From NCBI RefSeq assembly GCF_018977255.1, contig NW_024704754.1, positions 2,728,001 to 2,792,000 of the forward strand: DNA of 64,000 nucleotides, written 5' to 3'. Numbering within the stretch: position 1 is the first letter of the stretch; each line of letters opens with the position of its first letter. The DNA is from Callorhinchus milii (taxonomy: Eukaryota). Positions 35,049 to 48,300 of this stretch are shown in pieces. The notes under the pieces were generated by a model. The model saw only the letters and a program-made list of their open reading frames with translations. It did not search any database and was not told the origin of the DNA. The position numbers and the translations under genes were made by a program.

Positions 35049-36280
35049 TTGTTACAATTTTATACACTACTTTACAAAATGCAATTTACTATATACAGAT
35101 TACATTTTCATAGTGTATGGACTTTCAAATGGATATTTGTGGTCCCGGATACTGTTTTTAGCAGGTTCTGCAGAGTCAACTTTGTTCAGTGATTTTAAAG
35201 AAATCTAATAAAAAAAAGCCCATCTGTAAAATAGATCTACCTGTCCTGATCAGAAAAGGTTTGTTCACTCCAAGTAGAAATGTTAGACATGACAGACCTG
35301 TTACACTCTGCTCAATAGAACATTAGAATCATTAGAACACATTCAAACTTAAATATCACTTATAAATTTAAAAAGTCGATGCACATGATACTCCGAGCAC
35401 AAAGATGTGGATTATCAGCAATACCAGCAACATTGATATAAATCGCACTTTTACCATATAGTGAATTCTTACATAAATAAGTTGCCTCTGCATAAATCTG
35501 TCATCTTCCTAGTTAAAAAAGCGGGAGAAACTAGAAAAATATAGCAAATTTAATAATGTTACACTGAATATGGTTGTCTAAAGGCCAGATGTGTCACAAG
35601 GAGAAACGTGCTATTGGTGACGAGATTGGATGCTAAAGTTGATCTCTATCGGCATACACACTGTCATAAATGAAGATTTCAAGTATGTACAATCTACAGT
35701 CTGCTTAAAATCACCGGTTGTGAAGAGCTCAGACAATTGTGATCAAATTTCTCACGTTCCTCCATTTTTTTTACAAGCATCTCCTAGAAACATCATCTCG
35801 CCTTATGGAGGAGGAAGAAAAAGAACCATGATTTGAAATAAGTTTACATAGAACACTACAGTGCGATGATTTCCTCTAGTTTCCACAGCTTTTACTACAG
35901 GATATTAAATCATGCTATTACATCCCAGTTATGTGGCTTTTTTTTTAAAAAAAAGAGAGTACCACATCCCAACATTAGAAATCCAAAGTTTGAACAGAAT
36001 AGATACATTTAGCTTCTCACAACTTGTACGCTGCAACATTTCAATCTATTCGGGTTTAACTAAGTAAATCTTCAAAATGCTATCAACATAAATCAAAAGA
36101 ATGGCTTAGTACTATTTCTAATCTTTGTCGTCCAACCTATCACACATTTCCAATAGGTTTAGAAAATGTAGGTTGAAGTCAAAATGGAAAGGAGACCAAT
36201 ATTTAGTTTTTATTAAGCATGTAAATACTGGCTCCTTGTACCGACGTGAGCCATCTCTAAGCAGCACCCTCTTGTAAGGG

Positions 36281-36395
36281 TCACTTGTTCACTTGTTGCT
36301 GTATGTGAAGCAGGAACTCGTAATAAGACAATGCTGACTCTGTCCTGTCTTCAACCATGTTCTGCAGGAAGTTGGCTTTAAGAGGGCTCTCATCC
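36281..36395 (-). CDS. SEC24A: SEC24A exon 23 (terminal)
   Basis: [40 protein letters not shown]. Confidence 0.95.
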
Positions 36396-39300
36396 CTGTG
36401 TTTAACAAAGAAACGACGATAGTATCAGTCACCAGTTTCACCCACCAACGTTCATACATGTTACACTTCCAATATTTAGTCCAGAGATGATATTCACCCA
36501 CAGAATAAACAGCCAATTAACTTTACAGTATATTCTGTGAAGCACTTTAAGATGTCTCGAAGACGTGATAAGGCGCCGTATCAAAATGCAAGAATTTCTG
36601 ATGTACAACATTTTGTGGGGTGAAAAGCAAACAACATTAGCAAAAGTTTAAGGACAAGCTAAAGGCCTTAAGATGTCACCTTCTTGGTGGGTAAATTAAC
36701 ATTTTTGAAGTAAGCTGTGCAAATGGGCTCAATAAAAAGAATCTTATGATGAATAGAGTGATAACCGTTGCACCTTTCATATCGAGGCGATGTCTAGAAG
36801 TGCTTCACGGGATTTCTGTGAGTATTTATAGATATATATATATATAACTGTATTTTGTAGGCAAACGCAAATATCCAAATGAATAAATAAGATGAAGCTA
36901 TTTCCTGAACAGCATCATTGAGAAAGAGACCTGCTTCCTTCAGGACTCCATTAAAACAACGGGAGGAAACTACACTTGCCAAGACTAACAACCTCGCTGA
37001 CACGTGAGAGGCGCTTTACAAATGTAATTTTGTTGTTGACATGCGTAAAGGCCTCAGCTCCCTCCTCCTCTTCCCCACGGCTGAATTATCTGCAGGCACT
37101 GAGTAAACCTCACATATCAGTCCCGTTGGATAAGAAAGATTAACCTTTAGAGAGCCACAAGACGCTGCCGTCTTTTAAGAAATAAGGGGGCAGGAAGTTA
37201 AATTGACGAGTTAAATGAAAAACGCCGGAAAGATCCACAGTCTTGTGGTCTTCTGGAAGCACAAAGCTTTAGAAGTGTCTAAACAAGGAATCTCATTCAG
37301 ATCAATTTACTTTAAAACTACTATTAGAATCCGGGTCCAAAATATAGACATTTCTTCGCAGACATGCATGTAGGCTACCGCTGGCCTAATTTTCCTAGCC
37401 CCCGCCCACCCCCCTCCGCCCGTGGCCAGGGAATATCAACTTAGACTCAGCTCAAATCCCGAGGGCAGAAGACAGGTTATTCTCTATCTGCTGCTCACAG
37501 GATTCAAACAATTGCAACGAGGATACAGGCATTTGCCAGCATTGAAATCCCAGTGCTTGCATTGTCATTACACCAAGCCACAAATTCTGACTCGCTAGAT
37601 CTCCCCTCCGTTAGTCCGGCTGGCTGGGGATTTGAATGCTCTGAACTGAATAAGGCTTCTACTCAAAAGCCATTTCTTTTCCCCCCCGATATACCAGGTC
37701 GGTCTTATTTCAAAACTGATCAACCTTTGTACTTACTTGATGACGTGGAGCACAGGAAAGAACGGTCTTTGATCTCGCAACCAGGAGATGAAAGCTCTGG
37801 TTCTCTGAGACTCAGCAGTGTCCAGTTCTGGAAGTTGCATCTAATTTGGAAAGAATGTAAACAACTGCTGTTACAGGCGCTAAGACATCAACAGGAAGTA
37901 CAGTGTAACTATTCTTACAGCTTTTTATCGTCAATCACAATAATTCAAATGAGAATGAAAGCGCCAACATTTTTATAGCACTTTGTTAAATTGTTATATT
38001 ATAATAATCCCTGCCTTTGATATAGCGCTTTTCACGTCTTCTAGACGTCTCAAAGCGCTTCATAGAATATACTGTAAAATGAATTGACTGTATATTTGTG
38101 GGCGAAACGCGGCAGCCAATTGCGCACAGCAGCGTCCCCACAAACAGTCGTGGACTGAAGTGACCAACTTATTATCGTTTTTTTCTTTCTTGAGGGATTA
38201 TTATCAGGCTTGTGGAGGAGTAACGAAACCTGCCCAAGCTTTCACCCGGCTGGGAATCGAACCCAGGTCTCTCGCTTGGGAGGCGAGTGCTCTAACCACT
38301 GAGCTACAGGACTTCATTGTTCATTGTTAGATAACAATGAATGTGCAAACTATCTACTATGTAGGATCTCTGGATAACAAAATGTGTAAATTTGCCACAG
38401 GGAAATAAATAGAGCTAGACAAGGATTTACAGAGACCATACAGCACAGAAACAGGTCGCTTGACCCGCCCAGTCCGTGCCAGTGTTTATACTCCATACGA
38501 GTCTTCACCCATTCCGTGACAAGTATAGAATATCAAACAAATGTTCGTAGAGCTATACAGAGCCCTGGTCATTTACTGTTCTGGCCACTCCATTTTACAA
38601 AGGATATTCAGTGCTCCGAGACACTAAAATGTTACAAAGAATTGCAAGTATTCAAGTATATATATGATTTTGTTCGTACAAGCAGCAGCACTTGTGTCAG
38701 GAAGGTTTCACAAATAGTAACAAGGTGAAATGACTAATCTGGAGAAGTGTTGGACGGGACCTAAGAAATGTTCCCTTCTCTTTTCAAAAACACGAGATCT
38801 AGAATAGCCATCTGAAGAACAGGCAGGGTCTCGGTTTAGTATCTCACCCAAAAGATAGCGTCTCATTAAGTCTAGATTAGGCTCAAGTCTCAATGAGGGG
38901 CTGGGACACAACCCTCTCAAGCAGGAGGCCAGAAAGTTATATACAGACTCAAATTAACAACAGAATTCAGATAGAAAAGCCGACCGTGAATTCTTGTAAT
39001 ATAATACAAAATTATATTTGTATAGCGCCTTTCAAGTTGGGAGTACGTCTCAAGGCGCTAGACAGTCAGGGATTTGATTTACTATGTAACATCTTGGGGC
39101 AAAAAGGCTACGCTGAACAGTAAAGGATGCATTTGATTTATTTCAATTTAGTTTTCCTTCAATTTAATTTAAATTATCCTTCAAGACCCGTCTCAAGATC
39201 CTCCTCTTCAACCGTGCCTTCGATCACTCTCCTTTTCCCCCCTGCCCTCCAGCTTGCTTGATCCCACCACCAGCTCGGGTCCGAAACAACGTGAAAGGCG

Positions 39301-42300
39301 CTGTACAAATGTCATTTTGCTGTTGTTTAAATGCTGCAAAACTTTCGATGTACATTAACATACCATGTTTTGGGGTATGGAAGAATAGTTAGAAACGCCG
39401 AGCACCTGGTTCACAAAGTGTGAGCCACAATTTTTTCCAACCCAGAGAAAGAGAACCTGAAAGACAAAAATTGCATTCATATTACTTTCCCACAACGTAT
39501 CAAAGTCAAACCCACATATTCAACCTCAAATTGTTAATGTGAACTGGGTGATGAATAGAGATGCTTTCAACTCGGGTGTAGGTTTGAATCTATCCAGAGT
39601 TAATTAAAGTCTTCTCTCTTCGCCAAATATAAGGTTTCAAGTTCAGCTTATTCGGGCAGCTTCTAATACGCGCAGCATAATGATTGGCTCAACTATCTTC
39701 CCAAGAGACCACAAATAATAATAATTATAGCTCCTTATCACATCTTCGAGACGCCTATATTTTGTGGTCGAAAAGCAGCAGCCAATTGCACACAGCAGTG
39801 TCCCACAGACAGTTGTGGATTCAGTGACCAAATTCTTATCTTTATTGTTAATTTATTTATTTGGAAAGGATTATTCAATTGCCAATCGACTAACAACCGG
39901 GTCTTAATTACTGCGAGGTGAACAGAGAAAATAGAAAGCTTTTCAAACAGTTTTTTTTTTTTAAAAATGCGTCTTGCAAACCTGCGCCCAATACTTTCTG
40001 GAATTAGGTAAACAAAATGCGACCCTCCAGAGAGTGTGTGAATTCCTTGCAACAAGCCATCCCTGGGATTTCCGTGTGATAGTGTGGATGCATGGAGTTC
40101 TCAGTTTGGTTTGGATATTCTGAAGCATAGTGATTGATGGGTTTCCACACCTGTCCAGGTGACCAAAAATAAACGTCACTTACACAGCCAGCATCCATAA
40201 GAAAGGCTCCGTCTCTACTTAGTTTCTCTACAGAAAGCTGAAGAATTGGTGGTTGAGGTACAGTTTTCTCATTAATGTGCATGCACCCCTAGAAAAGAAA
40301 ACATTGTTATTTATTAATGATTAATGATTAACTACCACTAAACCAAGCAGCTCAATTTTAGAATAATAAGTGATATTCAGTGCAGACTGCAACCTACCTC
40401 ATCAGACAGATTGTCAACCTTATACAGGCTCGGATGAACCATAAGCATGAGGTAAGCCACGGGTTGGTATTTCACTTCGCACATGCAGAACAAACGGTCA
40501 TCCAACCTCGTGTTGGTCCCAGTTCGGAAAGCTTTCTGAAATAAAAAGGGTCAAAGTTTTAATTTATTCTTACTTCAACAGCTTCAATGCAAACCGTCGC
40601 GCTGATGATGGCAGGGCTCGCGGTTCACCGTATTCTCAGTACCCTCTCTCACGTGTATGTCTGAATTCATAATAATACTTGCATTTGATATAGCGCATTT
40701 CACGTCGGGAGGACGTCCCAAAGCGCTTCACAGAATACACTGTAGAGTGAATTGACTGTATATTTGTGGGCGAACGCGGCAGCCAATTGCGCACAGCAAT
40801 GTCCCACAAACAGTCGTAGATTGAAAATGACCAATTTATTATTGTTTGGTTTTGGAGGGATTATTATTAGGCTCTGTGTGGAGTAAGGAAACTTGCCCAA
40901 GGTTTCGCCCTCTGCCTGGAATTGAACTCAGGTCTCTCACTTGCAAAGCGAGTGTTCTAACCACTGAGTTACAGGACTCCATTTTGTGGGTAAAACCAAT
41001 TGCGCACAGCAGTATCCCACAAACAGTTGTGGGTTGAGGATCCAAATGCAAGGATCATTGTTATATAATTATATATAGATATATCATGGCCTAAAATCAC
41101 TTTCCAATGGAAATAATTTGCCATTTAATCTCTTAAACACATTCATAACATTAAATACCTAGATCATATCACCAGTAGAAAGATTTCCAATCTCTCTAAT
41201 CTCTCCCCATATCTATATGGCCCTTAATCATCTCTATGAATCTATGCTGTGTCCTTCCTGCAGCTCTGATACTGTTAAATATATTGTTAATTATCAGATG
41301 TTAATATTGCCCAAAATAGATATTTTCCAGCTGTGGTCTAACCAACATCCTCACTCTCTTATATTTTAAGGTGCTGAAGTAATCTTGGCTCATACCTGTT
41401 TCAATAGTGATAGGACGTAGAGCGGAAACAGCTGCAGTGACGCAGGGCACATTACACCCGGCTGTTGTTGCTGCTGTTGGCTCAAAACTGCTGAACGATA
41501 AGTGGAGAGCGAGTCTATCACAGCATTAACCAAGGCGTCTCGGGCATCACTCAGACTCGACAAAATGGATCGGTCAACCGCTGTATAAACAAAAGGAGAC
41601 GACACTCGAATGAGAATGAAATATTCAGTGTGTCCAAAGGGTCGTGTACACAGTAACTTATAGCTTATAGCTCGGGTAACCAGGCTGGTTCAGGGGTAAA
41701 ACAATAAGGTTAATGATGATTCCGGCATTTTGAATAGGGCCTTTCACTTCAGGAGAATGACCCAAAGCACTTTACAGGAGTTAACTATAGTGGAGCGACT
41801 GTATTTGTAAATTAGGGCTACTTATCCACTTTATTTCATAGATCTTTTTTTGATTACCGATGTAGTGGAATGACTGTGTGTTTGTAGGCGAAAGCAGCAG
41901 CCCAATTGCACACAGCAGTGTCTCACAAATAGCCATGAAACAAACAACCAATTTGATTTGTGGGATTGTTGGCCAACAAACTCCCTTCTTTTAAACCCAC
42001 AGCCTTCCAACTCAAGAACTGGGTTAGATTTGGAGACAAATCAACACTAAAAGTAGAACATTGATTGAGAAATGTGTGGGAAGAACATGGTTAAAGCACT
42101 AAAAATTTAAATTTATAAAGTTAATATTCAATAATCCTCTAAAACAACAGCAGCAAATGACATTTACACAGCTGGACAGTCTAGGATTTGGACCTGAGCA
42201 GGGGTTTGAGATCAGGGTGGGGGGTGGAGGGCAGGGACGGTAGGTGTAGGAGGGTGACCGAAGGCACGGTCGAAGAGGAGAGGCTTGAGATGTGCCTTGA

Positions 42301-45300
42301 AGGAGGCAAGGGAAGGGGCGAGGAGAAGGGAGTGTGGGGTGGAGTTCCAAAGGGTGGGGACAGAGAGGCTGAAGGCCCGATCGCTGATGGTGGGGCGCAC
42401 TGTTACTGCCAACAGCATCAATGGAGAACGTTGGGTTTTAAGATCAGTTTTGAATGCAGACTAAACACTTACCCATGCTGGCCAGCAGGCAGGTGATGGC
42501 CTGAACATCAGCTCCTGCGTAAATATCTGCCAGCGAGTTCACCACTGGTAAACACATGGTGTGAACTCGAATGCGTCGCTCACCTAGACAGGATACCAAA
42601 AACAAACATACTGGAAAACTGAAATAAATACAGAAAGTTGTTCAAATGAGGCCGGAGCAGCTTTAAAATGAACCATAAATGACTTAACAAATTTTAAAAA
42701 TAGTTAAACAAATTCGGCGCACTCTGCAGTCTCCCTGATTCTTATCAATAACAGCAAAGCGTTCCTAGTCTATCCGTACCTTTACTCGAAGTGTACAATA
42801 GGGCGGCTTGGAACGAGACAAGCTGCACATCTGTCAGATTCTCTTCGATGGACATCTGCACTGCAAAACCCGCGTCAGGGTTTATATTGGGCAGCGACAG
42901 CAAGTCCGTGGAACGTACAAAGAAGTTTCCATGGAAAGTATGGATTGCAAGACCTAGGATAAAAAATTAAATAAATTAAACTTTTTTTTCAGTCGAAGGC
43001 ACAAATTATCTTTCAGTGTACAGGATCCATTTTGAAAGTTTGGTTAAAAGAATACCATCCCCACCCCAGGCCAGCAATTTCCATTGCAAGTATAATAAGT
43101 AATAATAATCCTTGCATTTGATACAGGGCCTTTTCTCGTTCTTCGAGACGTCTCAAAGCGCTTCACAGAATGTACTTAAAAGTGAATTGACTGGATATTT
43201 TGCAGGCAAAATGCGGCAGCCAATTGCGCAGCAGTGTCCCACAGTCGTGCAGTATCACTAACATCAAGGATTATTAGTGTTCAGCCTCAAGAGTGTACTA
43301 GCCGAGTGGTTTTAACAGCACATACAAAGGAGACCAACCTTTTGTACATCTTATCCTCATGACTGCTTCAAAGCCAACCTTTCTGGTCAAATAGCGTTTA
43401 ATCTCCTTTTCAAACTTCTCCATCAGGGCGGGGTTGTGTTTGTGATGGTATGAAGGGTAATAGTAGATGCAGCCCGCAGAGTATTTTGAAATACAAGCTG
43501 AAACACATTAGAAAAAGACTTTCAGTTGTGCATCAAAACAAACAAAAAAAGTGACAAAACCGGTTTTGGGTAGTGATCAAAAAGTTGTGATATCATTACG
43601 ATGTCTAATAAGTCTTAAAGAAATGATATGTATATATGGGGGATTGTAGGGTAGATATAACAACTTTTTGATCACCCTGTATATGGTTATGGTCATCATT
43701 TGGTAACACTTAAATCCAAACAGCATCCAAATATTGCTCTCCCGCTGCAAAATTCACTACCTGAAAGTTTAAACAAACGGCCCAAAAGCAAAGCAACAAC
43801 AACAAATTACATTTGTATCACGCCTTTCGCAACAGGAGAACGTCCCAAAGCGCTGGATAGTCAGCTATCCGCACCCGAGCTGATGGTTGGGATCGGGGGG
43901 CAGGGGAGGGTAGGGATAGGAGGGTGACCGAGTAATAATTATTCTTGCGTTTGATATACCAATGGGAAAGCCTAAAGCAATATTTAAATGATTCAATTGG
44001 AACTGGTATTGTGATGCATCAATCTTCAGTGTCACAGGTTTCTTTCTTCCCCCCACCTCCTCCGCCAGACAGGATTACCAGCATCAGGAGATTGATAGAC
44101 GTGAGTAATGAAATCCAGTAGGAATTGTACTTGGGAAGAACAAAAGAGTTTTCATATCATTGAAAACCTTTGAATAGTTTTGTTGCAACTCATAGTAAGG
44201 TTCTGTAATCACGTGTGAGGAATTTTAAAGACAGTTCTTGTGTTTTGAGGGCAGTGTGGATTTTATGAAGCGAGCCCTGGACAATTATGCGTTTATGTAA
44301 TACATTAAACATGCACAACTTGCATGCATATGCTTCTAAATTAGCCTACCCAGGCTTCAAGAAGGGAGTGGTTTACATGCAAGTCATTTGCTTCCAACAT
44401 GCAGCATTTAAAGTGTAACATTTGGAGAGTTAATTTTCCCCCTGGCTTTCTGTTACTTACATTGATTTATATAGATTGTACAGGACAGAAACAGGCCATT
44501 GGGCCCAACTAGTCCATGCCAGTGTTTATGCTCCACACAAGTTTCCACTCAGTAACTCCCAAAAGGAGACCCAAGCTTGGGGTGGGAGTTGAACGGGTTA
44601 AAGCACGGATGTGGGGTTTGAAGGACACTACTGGTTTCTACTTGCATTTACTATACGTCAATTAAACAATAAGTTTGGCAAACATTAAGACGATGGACTT
44701 GCAAACATTCGTCTCACTTACTCAGAGATGCCAAATCAGAATATTGGCCATTTAACAGAAAGAGGTCGACTGCTATCTGCTGTCCCGAACAGTCCAGGGC
44801 CAACTTCTTATAGAAGTCAATGGCAGGAGAGAGGTGCTGCACATCCTTCAGGGAATAAAACAGAGTCAAATGTGTATAACATACAATTGTTTTTATCTAC
44901 ATTAACTTACAACATATCCTTCTTAGAGCAAGTTACGAGAGGCCCAATGAACCAGAGGTAACCCCCTAAAGTGTAAAAACACTCGAGGCATGAGCAACAG
45001 CCTTCTTCAGAATCTCACACAGCGACAGTATTTTGTTTCTTAAATATTTGTTAGTACCTTGGGATTTTTGAGAGAATTCTATAACGACAACTTGCATTTA
45101 TATAGTCCTTTACGCGGGTAGCATCCCAGAGCGCTTAGATTCTAACCAGATGAAGACCTCTATCTGCAGTAACAAGCTAAAACTTTCCTAATAAATATGG
45201 ATGGGGTAGGAGTGAAGATATTAACAAGTCAGTGTGTCAACGCTGGAGATGGCTCATTAGCTGCTCAGCTCAAAATATTCAAACCTTGTAATAATAATCT

Positions 45301-48300
45301 TTGCATTTGATACAGCGCCTTATCATGTCTTTGAGATGTCTCAAAGCGCTTCACAGAAAACACAGTAAAGTGAATTGACTGTGTATTTTGTGGGCCAAAC
45401 ACAAGTGATAATAAAAATAATCATCGAGCATTATCTGATGAATAATTATCTGATTTCAAGAAAATAAGGTGTTTTATTAACAAAAGCAACACAGACGTGA
45501 CGCCCGATGGCTCATCGTTCCTAACTTCTGGACTTTCACGTAAGAAAAAGCACGACAACAACAACAGAATTACATTTGTATAGCGCCTTCCACGTCGGGA
45601 GGACGTCCCAAGGCGCTGGACAATCACTACGGAGCAGTTAAAACATGCTACGATCACAGGATGGCACTGTACTACCTTTACACTGGACCTCTGGCTGGGA
45701 TCCTCTCTGGGTTTTAGAGCCCCCACACCTATTGAAGGCAGCTGTGTTTGGAAGACAGAGGCTCGACCTCCAGTGGGTGACAGCAGTTTGAACGCCGCCT
45801 GCAGTGCAGGCCCCAGGGCACTTTGGGTCTCTGAAGTGTTGCTAAACATCTGCGGCAAAGCTCTCAGCAAGTCCTCGATCAACTTAAAAAAAAAAAACAA
45901 GAAAAAAATACGTTCAGTGTATTACTTACTTTCAAACCTTTTTTTTAAATTTTATATTCGATGTACAACAATCTTAAAAACATCGCAATGCAGGAAAGTC
46001 TTTGAAACCTGGCCAGCAATAGTATTCTCACTCGGCGTGTAATAATCATCACCGTTCAATATAAAATCTAGCCTTTAGAATATTTGTAGCACATCAAGTA
46101 CCATAAATCCCAAATGTATACTTTTAATACATTAGGCCATGAATCTGGAGGTCATGCGATAAGGTGCTGGATGAATCTATAAATTACATCAACAAGCACG
46201 ATTGGATGATGGGCTCTGAAATAGTCAATCCACAACTGCAAAAGCTTTACAGCCTGCTCAAGTTAAAGCAGTATAAAACAATATATAACGCACGCTTGTT
46301 ATAAGGTGACCTGGAAGTCAGACAAGGTTTAAGCACAGAAACCAACTGGGCTGCAACCATGCACAGTGAAACCAGCTATCTTTTGCAAGGCAGGTTGGAA
46401 TTTTATTGACTTCAACAACTGCTCTACAATGAAGGCCACTGTACTAGGTTCCATACAGATATTCAAGATATGTTTTACCTCTTTGCTTTCATTCAAGTTC
46501 ACCAACAAGTTATCTGGAGTTGGAATAAAGATATCTGCAAAAGAAGAGCAAGATTTTCAAACCCATTTGGATCAACATCAATCTTCGATGATTACCCATT
46601 GTGGGTATATACTCACTGTACACACAGAAACCCACTTTAGTAACCTTTCCTCATCACTCAAACTTCCTTGCTTCATTGATTATATACTAGCAACTAAAGC
46701 AAAATATCAAATAAAATATCCACCCATGTCATTACAGGGAGAGGATTATTATTATTAATAATCGCATTTGATATAGTTTGTGAAGACATTAAAATATCTG
46801 ACACTTCACAGTAACCACTGTCCACTACCTGATTAACTGTACGATTGTGGGGCAGGACACTTCCCCTTTTGAAAGTCTTGGGTCTTTCATAATCCAACTG
46901 AACTTCGGTCAAAATCATCTAAATGACAGAAACTCAAGAGAATGCAGCATTCCCTGGGCTGGACTGAAATGTCAGCCTAGACCACAAGCTGAAAGCCTCA
47001 GACACGGGACTTGAACCCACAACCTGCTGACGCAGCAGTGAGAGCGCTAAGAACAGAGCCAGGCCGATACTTTAAATTGGCCACGTGACACCAGCAAAAT
47101 GAATTCTTCTTCTGCTAGTTGAAAGCATACCTTCTATATCTGAAACCACCATCATCTGAGGCTGAGACAGACCCTCCTGAAGATTGTAGAAATGGACAGT
47201 GCTGTCAAATGTAATGAATCCTATCCTCATGCGGGAATCACCAGGCAACCTGCGGGGGATTAAAAAGATAATTAGTTTATCGGATTCTTCTAAAACAGGT
47301 GATGAGTTTCAATTTCTGTCCCCGGCTGTATTGGTGTCTTGTAGATGAATCGTCTCGCAGTTTGGGAAGAGCCAAGGCTTTCAGTACCCCAGAGTGATGT
47401 GAGTAAGGGGGCTACTGGAGTTTAGTCAGCTAAAACCACGTAGCTTCCATTGAAAGAAAGCACTGTCTGCCAAACAACCCACTGCTTGTCCAGTTAGTCT
47501 CATCTTACCAGAATTGTGACTTGCAGGGTTAACAGGAGCCAAGTGGGAAGAAGAATCCTTGCCCCCATTGACTGGTCTGCTCCTCCAAGTCTTTCCTGAG
47601 TCAGGCAGTACTCTATGAACATGGTCAGTGAGACACCTGAATCCAGCTGATAGTGCTGTAAAGGGTTTCGCTGCACTCACTCTGATGGAATTTCAATGAC
47701 AGAAGTGAACAACTAAAACCCAGAGGNAAAAAAAATGAAACTTACACGTTCAGATTTTCCAACAAGGATTGGCAGACGGTATTTAAGTATCCGGATTCTA
47801 CTGCATTATGAGAAACATCCAAGACATACAGATACACTGCAGGTTGTGGTGGACGCAACTGGGGGGAAAAAAAGACGTTGATTAATAATTAATAATCCTT
47901 GCATTTGATATAGCTCTTTATCACATCTTTGTCGCGTCTCAAAGCCCTTCACAATTAAGCAGGAACTCCAAACCACAAGAACATTTCAAAAATGTTGTAC
48001 GCAGGATCTGTATGTTCCAATCCAGATACACAGAACACTGGGGAAGGATATATATCACGCACATGGCATATTTGTGACTTTCTGATCTGAATAAAAAGCA
48101 GCATTGGTATCTTAAATGCAAACTATGCATGTACTCAAATGCATGTACTCAATTCACAAACCTGACAATTTTGTACATCACAAATGTGCTTGAATAAGAG
48201 CCAACTTCAGCCGCAATGTAACATCTATAAATTGGATAAAGTGTAGAAATTGTGTTATGAAAACATTTGCACTCACCATGTATTCTGAAGGAGCAATAAA

